64,000 nucleotides of DNA from Callorhinchus milii (lineage: Eukaryota). Below the pieces are notes generated by a model that made no database searches, was not told the origin of the DNA, and saw nothing but the letters and a program-made list of their open reading frames with translations. Positions 52,406-62,849 of the stretch are shown here, one piece after another (position 1 is the first letter of the stretch; the number at the start of each line of letters is the position of its first letter). The stretch is from positions 85,498,001 to 85,562,000 of the forward strand of contig NW_024704742.1 of the NCBI RefSeq assembly GCF_018977255.1, in the 5' to 3' direction. Position numbers and translations under genes: made by a program.

Positions 52406-53549
52406 GTACACCAGCTGTTGAACAAACACTGTCACTTAAACTTTATACCTTTGAAACCAAATTTATCATCATTACATTATTGCACAATTCTTTTTTTAGT
52501 TAATCTTCTTTTATTTGCATGTCATTCTTGCCACTCACAAAGCCTTGCCATTTATTCTTGTGTGCAATGATTAAACCAATTGAGTACTTTTTAAACTATC
52601 TTGACAGGTTAATAACAAAAACCTGTTCATTCCCATTTAAACTTCAATAATCAAGCTGAAACTGATGGTATCACCATAGCAGCTACTGCTATTAAATCAT
52701 ATTTGAGTGCCCAGATATTGAAAGATTATTCATGTTAGTTGATAAATTGTGATAAGGGAGCCTAAGATCAAGATTCTCATGGGAAGACAAAATGGTAGAC
52801 ATTCGGTTTTTTTTGTGCTTGAGATTATTATAATAATAATCCTTGCATTTGATATAGTGCCTTATCACGTCATTGTGACTTCTCAAAGCGCTTCACAGAA
52901 TACATTGTAAAGTGAATTGACTTGTGTATTTTGAGGGCGAATGCGGCAGCCAATTGCACACAGCAGTTTCTCACAAACAGTCATGGCCTGAGTGACAAAA
53001 TTATTATTATTTATTTATTTTGAAAAGATTATTAGCCCTGGAAAGTGATCCACCAATCGACTAAAAAACGGGTTCCCATTTACTGCTAGGTAAACAGAGG
53101 TGCGTGGAGTAAGAAGACTTGCCCAGTCCGGGAATTTAACTAGGGTCCTCTCGCCTGCGAAACGAGTGCTCTAACCAACACCCTACAGGACTCCATTATA
53201 ATGTAGAATGTCCTTCTGCATACACATTGATTGAAGTTAAGACAACAAAACATTTTAAAAGGAACTGGATAAGTATTTAAAGAAAAATATAACATGGGAT
53301 AAAGTAGATATAATTTCTGTGCTGTATTCTGAACATAGTTCAGCCTACAGTGAATTAATTTTAGACTTCACATGTAGAATTAATGTCATACTTAACTACT
53401 TCATTTGTACAGTTTAGACCCATAGTTCCCACTTTGACTTCACTATTGGCTGTGACGATTCCATCTTAATTAATTTTCTTCAGGTTTTAGCCACTTTATA
53501 AGCTGATAACCTTTGCGAGATATTGATCCATGCTTTCTATTTTGACTAG

Positions 53550-53704
53550 ACGTGATTGAGATGGTCGAGCGGGATGGAAAGGTGATCGTCAAGGATGCAA
53601 CAACTGAATTATTAAAACTGCCTCTTGTATGCCACATCTGCAAACAGCAGCAATCCACAATTCCACAACTGAAAGAGCATTTGAAAAAGCACCTTGGCCA
53701 CTGA
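53550..53704 (+). CDS. APTX: APTX last coding exon (zinc finger)
   Basis: [12 protein letters not shown]...[28 protein letters not shown] stop. Confidence 0.95.
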
Positions 53705-53919
53705 ATGAAAGGTTTTCTCACTGCAGTGCTCCTGTCTGCCCATCCATTCCTGCTGTTCATTTATTCAGTGTTCATTATACTGGTTTAATTGGACAATAAC
53801 GTATGAGATGTACATGCTTTATACTCTTAATTTAGCACAAAGCTTTACCGTGTGTAGGAATTATTACTGTGATGAAATAATTGGTTTGCATTTACAATGA
53901 GTCTTAAAAGGATTCCTTT

Positions 53920-53925
53920 AATAAA
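53920..53925 (+). terminator. APTX: Probable APTX polyadenylation signal
   Basis: AATAAA about 215 nt after the stop, followed by GT-rich sequence. Confidence 0.55.
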
Positions 53926-54501
53926 GAGATTTGTGTGAATCTAAATACAAGTAATGTGTTTAGAGTTTTTTTTCTCTTCTCAGTTGCATTTGATTTATTT
54001 TCCCTTATGCTGAGGTATGAGCCCGCAGCCCCTGATACCCTCTGTCAGATAGGTTATATTTCTATCGTGCTGTTCTTCCAAATGGTTGGAGTTCCACAGT
54101 GTGGGGGTAGAGTGGCTAAAGGCCCACCCGCCAATGGTGGGGTGGGCAAGGCTGGGATGTGAAGCAGGCCGGAGCCCGCTGACCAGAGGTAGCGGACAGC
54201 TTAGGGGGTTAGGAGGTCGCAGAGGTAGGGGGAGCAAGGCCATGAGGGCTTTGAAAGTGAGGACCAGGATCCCTATTCACATTGATGCTAAAGATCCCAT
54301 GGTACTATTCAAAAAAAGGGAGATTCTTCCAGTGAGACATCTGACAATCCCCCAGATTAAAATTGGTCATTGACTTTATGGACAATACTGTGCACCAATT
54401 GGCTACTTTAGAAGATTATTTGGGAGGACTCTTAGGCAGATGTTGGGACACCTGGTTTGGTTAGGTAAATAAGAGCAAAGGAGTGGGGAGGAAGAAATGA
54501 C

Positions 54502-55060
54502 AGGGTGAAAACTGCCAGAGACCAGCTGGAGACAGAAAATTGGAGGAAAAGCAAGGTCTGTTCTCATTAACCAATTCTAAAAGAAACCAAGCACTCGTTT
54601 GATCGTATCTGGGACCTCACACCTGTTTGGGGATTAGAAATGCGGTGGAATTACTTTGCGGGGGGATGCAGGGCTGTGTCCTACTCCGATTCTAAAACAA
54701 CCAAAACACAACACAGACTTATCTTGAAAGAACTGGGACCTCACTGGGACCCCATTTGGGATGATGGGAATGACTGGGTGAAGACTGCCTGAGACCAGCT
54801 GGAGACAGAATATTGGAGGAGGAAAAGCAAGTCCTTATTCCTAACCAGTGTCAGATTCCCAATTCTAAAAGAACTCAAAACACTTGTCTGGAATCATCTG
54901 GGACCTCAGCCCCATTGGGAATTGGAGATGCAATGGGATTGCTCTGCGGGGAGGTTAGACCCCCCCTCCCTCCACCTCCCGGGTATCTAACTCCGATCCT
55001 AAAAGAATCCAAACGCAACAAACACTTGTCATGGAGGTCTAAGGACCTCAGGCGCAGTTG
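54502..55060. repeat. Diverged tandem duplication, two units of about 275 bp
   Basis: GGGTGAA.ACTGCC.GAGACCAGCTGGAGACAGAA starts both units (54502, 54776); ATTCTAAAAGAA and CTGGGACCTCA recur. Confidence 0.75.
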
Positions 55061-55107
55061 GGGCGCTGTAAATACCTGGGGTGGGTGTTACCCTGGGAGT
55101 GGTATTG

Positions 55108-56026
55108 GTGTGTGTGTGTGGGGGGGGTGAGCAGGTGCTGTGCTGTGTGCAGTGTGGAGGGGGCTGTGCTGTGTGCAGTGTGGGGGGGCAGCTGTGCTGT
55201 GTGCAGTGTGGGGCTGTGCAGTGTGGGGGGGGGGGCTGTGCTATGTGCTGTGTGGGGGGGTCTGTGCAGTGTGGGGGTGTGTGGGGGGGGCTGTGCTGTG
55301 TTGGGGGGGCTGTGCAGTGTGGGGGTGTGTGGGGGGGGCTGTGCTGTGTTGGGGGGGCTGTGCAGTGTGGGGGTGTGTGGGGGGGGCTGTGCTGTGTTGG
55401 GGGGGCTGTGCAGTGTGGGGTGGGTGGGCTGTGCAGTGTGGGTGTGGGGGGGGGGCAGTGTGTGTGTGTGGGGGGGGGGCTGTGTGTGTGGGGGCAGTGT
55501 GGGGGGGGTGGGGGGGGCAGTGTGTGTGTGGGGGGGCAGTGTGGGGGGGGCTGTGCAGTGTGTGTGTGTGGGGGGGGCAGTGTGGGGGGGGGGGCTGTGT
55601 GTGTGTGTGGGGGGCAGTGTGTGGGGGGCAGTGGGGGGCTGTGTGTGGGGGGGCAGTGTGTGTGTGTGGGGGGGGGCAGTGTGGGGGGTGGGGGGGGCAG
55701 TGTGTGTGTGGGGGGGGCAGTGTGGGGGGGGCTGTGCAGTGTGTGTGTGTGTGGGGGGGGCAGTGTGGGGGGGGGGGCTGTGTGTGTGTGTGGGGGGCAG
55801 TGTGTGGGGGCAGTGGGGGCTGTGTGGGGGGGGGCAGTGTGTGGGGGGGGGCAGTGTGGGGGGGCTGTGCAGTGTGTGTGTGTGGGGGGGGGCAGTGTGG
55901 GGGGGGGGCTGTGCAGTGTGTGGGGGGGCAGTGTGTGTGGGGGGGGGCTGTGCAGTGTGGTGGGGTGGGGGCAGTGTGTGGGGGGCTGTGCAGTGTGGGG
56001 GGGGCAGTGTGGGGGTGGGGGGGCAC
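55108..56026. repeat. G/T-rich tandem repeat (GGGGGCTGTGCAGTGTG variants)
   Basis: Dozens of G5-G10 runs separated by CTGTG/CAGTGTG. Confidence 0.95.
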
Positions 56027-56149
56027 TGGCTGATCGCCGCTGGTCTCGGGGTTGGGGTGAAGCGGCGGCTGAACAGAAGGGGCCGCGATGACTGGACAAT
56101 GGGGACCTGTTGACGCCCATAGTAACAGCGGCGTCTCAGCCCCGACCTC

Positions 56150-56897
56150 AGCCACAGCCACAGCCCTCCAGCACAGCCCTCCAGCACCAGCTCAGCCCTC
56201 CAGCACAGCCCTCCAGCACCAGCTCAGCCCTCCAGCACAGCCCCAGCCCAGCCCAAGCTCAGCACACCAGCTCAGCCCAGCCCAGCCCCAGCCCAGCACA
56301 GCCAGCACAGCCAGCACACCAGCCCAGCCCAGCACACCAGCCCAGCCCAAGCTCAGCACACCAGCCAGCACACCCAGCCCCAGCTCAGCACACCAGCACA
56401 GCCCCAGCCCAGCCCAAGCTCAGCACACCAGCCCAGCCCAGCACACCAGCCCAGCACAGCCAGCACACCAGCCCCAGCTCAGCACACCAGCACAGCCCCA
56501 GCCCAGCCCAAGCTCAGCACACCAGCTCAGCCCAGCCCAGCACAGCCAGCACACCAGCCCAGCCCAGCACACCAGCTCAGCCCAGCACACCAGCCCAGCA
56601 CACCAGCCCAGCCCAGCACACCAGCTCAGCCCAGCACACCAGCCCAGCCCCAGCACACCAGCTCAGCCCACCAGCACAGCCAGCACACCAGCCCCAGCTC
56701 AGCACACCAGCACAGCCCCAGCCCAGCCCAAGCTCAACACACCAGCTCAGCCCAGCCCAGCACAGCCAGCACACCAGCCCAGCCCAGCACACCAGCTCAG
56801 CCCAGCACACCAGCACAGCCCCAGCACAGCCAGCACACCAGCCCAGCCCAGCCCCAGCTCAGCACACCAGCCCAGCCCAGCACAGCACAGCACAGCC
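56150..56897. repeat. C/A-rich tandem repeat (CAGCC/CAGCA/CAGCT pentamer variants)
   Basis: CAGCCCAGCACACCAGCT units. Confidence 0.95.
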
Positions 56898-57013
56898 AGT
56901 GCCATCCAAACAACCCACAGCGGCTTCTGGAGAGAGGGACACCCCCACCCCACACACACCCCACAGCCAACCCCCCCCTTTCCCCCCTCGTAAAACCTAC
57001 ATCAAAAGGAAGT

Positions 57014-58294
57014 ATGAAGTCATCAAACTGCATCTGCAAAAAATCCTTATTGCCCGTGTCCACAGTCATCTCCAGAAGGAATCCCTCCAACACTGTGCAG
57101 TTGGTGAAATCGGAGCCCAGAATGGGCGGCAAACAGTCCTCGTCGCTGTCTGTGCACAGTCATCTCAACGGGTCGGACAGGGTGGTGAAGGAGATCCGGG
57201 CCCTGATGATCGACCTGGGCACCGGCTACTTCAAGGCAGGCTACGCCGGCTACCCCAAGCCCTCCGTGAGCATCTGCTCCACGCTGGGCAGACCTGTGCA
57301 GCGCAGCGCCAAGACCGGGGACAACCGCAAGGAGAACTACGTGGGTGAGGAGCAGAGAGGCCAGCTTGCCCTGAGGATGGTCAACCCACTCAGGAGGGGT
57401 GTGGTGGTGGACTGGGAGGGCACCGAGGCCGTCCTCGATTACATCTTCAGCAAGAAGCTCAGGCTGCACCCAGAGGAGCACGCAGTGATGGTAGCCGATC
57501 CTCCGCTCGGGCCCATCACCAACAGGGAGAAGACCGCTGAGATGTTCTTCGAGACCTTCAGCACGCCTGCCCTGCACATCGCCAGCCAGTCCGTCCTTTC
57601 CATCTATGCCTATGGGCGCACCACAGGGCTGGTGGTGGAGAGCGGCCACGGCTCCTCCTTCCTGGTGCCCATCTACGAGGGCTACATCATGCCCCACATC
57701 ACGAGCACCACCGACTACGGAGGAGCCGACCTGACCAGGTACCTGACCAGGCTCATGAACGAGAACGGCCACAAGCTGACGGCTTGCGACTTCCAGGTGG
57801 TGGAGGACATCAAGCAGAAGTGCTGCTATACGGCCGCGGACTTCGAGGTCGAGATGCGCTGCGAGGGCAAGGAAGGGGTCGTGAGTTACGAGCTGCCCGA
57901 TGGCAAGCTGATCAACATAGGCAAGGAGAGGATCAAGTGCTCAGAGGCTCTCTTCAACCCCTCCTTGATGGGCTCCAAAGAAATGGGCTTGCACACCATG
58001 GCCATCAACGCAATCAACAAGTGTGATAGCACCATCCTGGAGGATATGTTCAAGAACATTTTGCTCTGTGGTGGCAGCACCATGTTCAGTGGCTTCCCTG
58101 TCCGTTTCCAGAAGGAAGTGAGGAAGTTGGCACAAGACATGGCTCCACATGTCCACGCCATCCCCGAGAGGAAATACTCAGTCTGGTATGGAGGCTCCAT
58201 CCTGGCTTGTCTTAAATCCTTCCAGCAACTCTGGGTTCGCAAGAAAGATTATGACGAGCGTGGACCGATGGTTATCTATCGCAAATGTTTTTGA
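57014..58294 (+). CDS. Intronless actin-like protein 7A-like, copy 1 (426 aa; alternative start ATG 57122)
   Basis: Actin fold: IDLGTGYFKAG, ACTL7A signature AKTGDNRKE, NPLRRG, PEEHAV..DPPL..TNREK, VESGHG, YELPDG, LLCGGSTMF, GGSILA, C-terminal YRKCF; AATAAA at 58458-58463. Confidence 0.9.
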   Translation: MKSSNCICKKSLLPVSTVISRRNPSNTVQLVKSEPRMGGKQSSSLSVHSHLNGSDRVVKEIRALMIDLGTGYFKAGYAGYPKPSVSICSTLGRPVQRSAKTGDNRKENYVGEEQRGQLALRMVNPLRRGVVVDWEGTEAVLDYIFSKKLRLHPEEHAVMVADPPLGPITNREKTAEMFFETFSTPALHIASQSVLSIYAYGRTTGLVVESGHGSSFLVPIYEGYIMPHITSTTDYGGADLTRYLTRLMNENGHKLTACDFQVVEDIKQKCCYTAADFEVEMRCEGKEGVVSYELPDGKLINIGKERIKCSEALFNPSLMGSKEMGLHTMAINAINKCDSTILEDMFKNILLCGGSTMFSGFPVRFQKEVRKLAQDMAPHVHAIPERKYSVWYGGSILACLKSFQQLWVRKKDYDERGPMVIYRKCF

Positions 58295-61261
58295 GACAGA
58301 GACTTTTTTTAAATATAAGAACAATTTCAACTTGTTGCCAATTTAACCTTTTTATAATTTCCATCTTTGAATGTAATTTATTTTTCTCAGGGGGTAATTG
58401 GAAGGGTGGGGGGAAGTTTAATTGGGTTGAAAACCAGGTTTGAAACTATGGAATTGTAATAAAATTTTGCAAATTTGTGATTCCTGAAATCCATGCGATC
58501 ATCTGTATTCAAATCTGGTTAAGAATGAGGGAGCCGAGAGATCCCATAGAATTCCAGCAAGGCTGATTTTTGCTGGCTTTGTGGCATTTTTGCTGAGGGA
58601 GCCCAGACTGCAAATATATATTTGAATTTGTGACTTGCCAGAAATGACATACGTTGGTCCAATCCGGATTATGTTCAAAGCAACAGGAGAACTGGTACTT
58701 CCCCACTTTCAATGCAAAAGTTAGAATTTTCCTCTGGTGCCATTTGAAGCTGGTTTGAATACTGAGAGTTGCTGTTTGGACTACCTTTCGTGGGTTTTTC
58801 TGTTCCAAGTTTTTCGAAAAAATGTGTTGTGGTCTTTCTTTGCTCTTGTTCACTTTGTATGTGCTCTGAGAAAATCGTAAATAAAGATTATTTTTAAAAA
58901 TTAAATGGGACGAAAAGGTGCCTCCTTGAATAAATCCACCGCATGGTGTAGACTGGACCATACAGACTGGGAGAGTCCTAGCTGATCTCTGGTCTGTGCT
59001 GAGTTAGCTGATCTCATCTGGGGTCAGGGATGCAACAAGTGGCCTTAGTGTTGCCGGCTAGTATTGAAGGGAAAAATTGGAGCCAAGGCTCATGCTCCTG
59101 ATCAGTACTCAGAGAGCCCTGGTGGAAGTGAAGGTGTGGTGACACCAGGTAAGGATACGATCCACTCAAAAGCACTTCACAGGATTTACTGTAAATTTCC
59201 GCACAGCAATATTCCACAAACAGCCATTAATTGTTGGCCAGAAAACTGGGAGAAACTCCCTTCAAATAGTGCCATGGGATTTTTAATGTCCACCTGAACA
59301 GGTAGGCAGGGCCTCGGTTTAACTTCTCATCTGAAGGACGGCACCTTCGGCAATGCAGCATTCCCCCAGCATTTTATTAGAATGTCAGCTTAAGACTATA
59401 TGAGTTCCAAGTCCCGACATGACTCAGAGGTAGAAGTGCTACCAACTGAGCCAGTGAGATCAAAAAACATTTCTTCATAGAAACAGTAGGAAAATGTTTT
59501 AATTTTTTCCCCAGAATGCTACATGGGCAGAATCAATTAGAATGTTTAAAAGGGAGATGGCTAGATACGTGGGAAATGTGGATATTAAAGGATATGGAAA
59601 TAACCAGGGAAATAGGATTGGAAGAATTGATATGATCTAATAAACTGGCAGAAAAGGTTTGATGGGCTAAATGGCTTCTTCCAAATCTTGTGATCTGCTA
59701 GTATGTATGGTGCAGCATCATTGTAATTGACACTTTTACTCAGTAAAACATTAAGGTGCAAAAAAACAATTATCCTATGTCCTACTTTCATTTATTGACT
59801 GCCTCTAGGTCATATCAGGTGATATGGCATTGCAGACACCCTGACCTGGCTCTATACCATTGTTACTGTATAATTAGGGTTGTCATAATTTGCAAAATTA
59901 AACATGGGCAGAGCCAGGATACAGCTGCTATCCATTTCTTTCATGATGAAAATTGATTCCTTTGTAACCATCATAAGTGAGTAAAATGAACTTCATTTTA
60001 CAGACAACTCTTAGTGTTCATTTTGACATTTCCCTCAAACTGGATTGTCCAGTGCAAAACCACATACGGTGGCTGGTAACTCAATGTATAACAGGGTAAT
60101 GTGTAAATGTGTCCTGATCTGAGCCAACTTCTCGTTTCCTCTCCTTTTTTTGTGCAGAGAATTTTCATTTTGTGCATCTTCCCCCCGATCTGAGACAATA
60201 AATCCTTCACAATGCACACATATGTGAAAAAAAAAAGACTACCAATTTTATCCCATCCCATCTCAATGTATTTGGCTTCTTTAACCTTCTACTGGGTACG
60301 GTTCCATGGGTGCTGGTTATCTGATACTTTAAGCATGTGTGAGCATTAGCAGTGAGTATTGGGAGGCTATCAGACTAGCGTGACTTAACATTATATAGGT
60401 CACAGACACAGGAGTTTCCATAATCTATACTGAGACTGCATATCTTACCTGATATGAATTATCCGAAAATCGGTCAGTAGTTTTACCTGCTTGCTCCCCA
60501 ACCCACTACCCACCATTGGTGGCAGCTACACCAAGAAACTCTGGAACCCTCTTCCTCTATCCCTCCACCTTGCTCCTTCCTTCCCCATCTTCAGGTTGTG
60601 CCTGAAGATCTTCCTCTTCGACTGTGCTTCCAGTTACCTCCCTCCGGCTTGGCATCTTGCTCCGCCACTATTAAGCGCTCTGGGACGCTATACTGTGCGA
60701 GGGGTGCTATATGAATACAAGTTGTTGTTAAGCACAGTAAGGTCTCCACATGTGTTAGACTCTTGTCTGACCATATACAAGATAGAGTTTTCCAAACTTG
60801 GGTACTTTAGTACAGTAGTAGTTTGGTAATCAGCTAGAGCTCACTTATTATAATAATAACAATCCTTGCATTTGATATAGCACCTTATATAATTGAGACG
60901 TCTCAAAGCGCTTCACAGGATATACTGTAAAGTGAATTCACTGTATATTTATCCCATTTGCCTACAAATAAAGTCACTATACTGGACAGCAATTCTCTGT
61001 GAAACATATTGAGATGCTGCAACATTTTAAGCACTCGCAAATGCAATAATTATTATTTATTATTAAAACCTTTGCATTTGACAGGAGGATAAACAAGATA
61101 AACACCCTAAACTGTCCTCACTTGACACCTACACATGAACATTTTCCAACAGGGGCCAGAGTAATAATAATAATTATTATTAATAATAATAATCCTTGAA
61201 TTGCATTGTAAAGATGTTTCACAGCACTTCACAGAATATACTGTAAAGTAAATTGACCTCA

Positions 61262-61660
61262 TAGCAACAACAACTTGCTCTTATATAGCGCCTTCCAGGC
61301 AGTGCAGTGTCTCAGAGTGCTTAACAATGGTGGAGACTGTCTCCGAGCTGGGGGAGGTGGTGGGGGGCAGGGGGATGGGGGGGGAGGTGATCATAAGCAC
61401 GGTCGAAAAGGCAGGTTTTCAGACGGGACTTGAAAAAGGAAAGAGCGACGGCAAGGCGGAGGGATTGAGAGAGAGTGTTCCAGAGTTTGGGGGCACAGTG
61501 GCTAAAAGCGCAACTTCCTGTGGTGGAGCGGAGGGCACGAGGGACAAGCAGAAGGTCGGTGCCAGTCTAGCGGAGATGCCGAATGGTGGATTGGGGAGTG
61601 AGGAGGTTGGAGAGGTAGGGAGTGAAGGGATTTGAACACGAGTGTGAGGATCTTGTAGTC
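61262..61660 (-). mobile_element. L2 LINE 3' fragment
   Basis: YKILTLVFKSLH plus L2 tail; a similar fragment lies at 62030-62410. Confidence 0.75.
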
Positions 61661-62849
61661 AAAGTATAATATAATATATAATTGATGGTTTAATACATAA
61701 TACAAAAAATATTATACTTTATATATTATACTGTGTAACATATACTATATATCATACATTGTACTGTATAATATATAGTTGACTGTATAATATATTGGTT
61801 TGACTGTATAAAGTATTGGATCAAAGTATTGGATCAGGAACAAAAACCCTGGTTATTTTTCCCTCTGTGACCAGATGCACTGAAGCCAATGATTGAAATA
61901 TCCTCAGGACTGCCCCATCTGAAATCTTTTCCTGTTGAGTCACAGAAGAGAGCCTCATTGGAAAGCATTTAAATGTTAATGTGACCTGGACAATTTCAGT
62001 CAAAATCCAGTCAGAAGCTGGGCCGGGGGAAGGAGCATAGGCCCTGTTGAACAGAAAGGTTTTCAGTCGTGATCTAAAAGAAGGGAAGGAGGGGGCAATG
62101 CAGAAGGATTGGGTGAAGAGAGTTCCAATGCTTTGGTGTTTAGTGGCTGCCAATGGTGGAGCAGAAGGGATGAAGGACAAGCAGAAGGCCAGAGCCAGCC
62201 AAACGGAGGCAGTGGGTTGGGGAGAAAGCAAGTCAGAAAGGTAGGGAGGTGCCAGGGTGTGAAGGGAATTTGTAGATGAGTAAGAGGATCTTGATATTGA
62301 TCTGTTCTGTGATAGGGAGCCAGTGGAGCCTGGCGAAGACTGGTGTGATGGGGGTATGGAGTTTAGTGTGGGTGAGGATACAGGCGGTGGAGTTCTGAAT
62401 CAGTTTTAGTTTGATATATCTCCAATAGACCTCTTCCATCCCCTATGTTTCTCAGACTTAAAGCAGAATCCAAGCATCCTGAAGAAACCTCCACAATGTA
62501 GTGAAAACAAGAAATAGGTGGAAATGCAATTCACCCATCGAGATATATTTTTCACATATATAAGTATACCATATGTATTCGTTTAAAGAGGAGAGATGTT
62601 GCATCATCTCTCCTTAAAGCTGGTGCCCCTCACCAGCATCATTGCACGTGTCATGAAGGAGCCTGGTTGGTACAAACATCTGAGATGACATCGCAATAGG
62701 CTGGGTCTTGTCGCCCTGGTGACAACGAATGAGCTACAAAAGGGTTATCTTTACAGGACAACTTGGTTACTATCCCACAACTGGCTGGAGGGTGGAGTGC
62801 GACCTGCGCTAGTGGAGAGGAACCAAACCAAAACTAAAACCAGACCAAA

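Larger units (their letters stand above)
44279..53704 (+). other. APTX: APTX gene (aprataxin; FHA, HIT and C2H2 domains), 7 coding exons, 1059 nt = 352 aa + stop
   Basis: join(44279-44408,45306-45352,47348-47692,48390-48440,49962-50188,52050-52153,53550-53704); MRVCWLV...IGRG...KKCSR FHA, HIHLH HIT motif, CHIC...HLKKH zinc finger; GT-AG with consistent phase. Confidence 0.95.

Noticed and set aside
55029-56187. Long Gly/Cys/Val-rich or Pro/His/Thr-rich ORFs resembling keratin-associated or extensin proteins
   Set aside because: All six frames are open because the simple repeat lacks stop codons; G-run lengths vary without keeping frame.
57047-58242. Antisense and alternative-frame ORFs over the actin-like genes (also 63531-63967)
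   Set aside because: Shadows of GC3-rich coding sequence with no independent motif.
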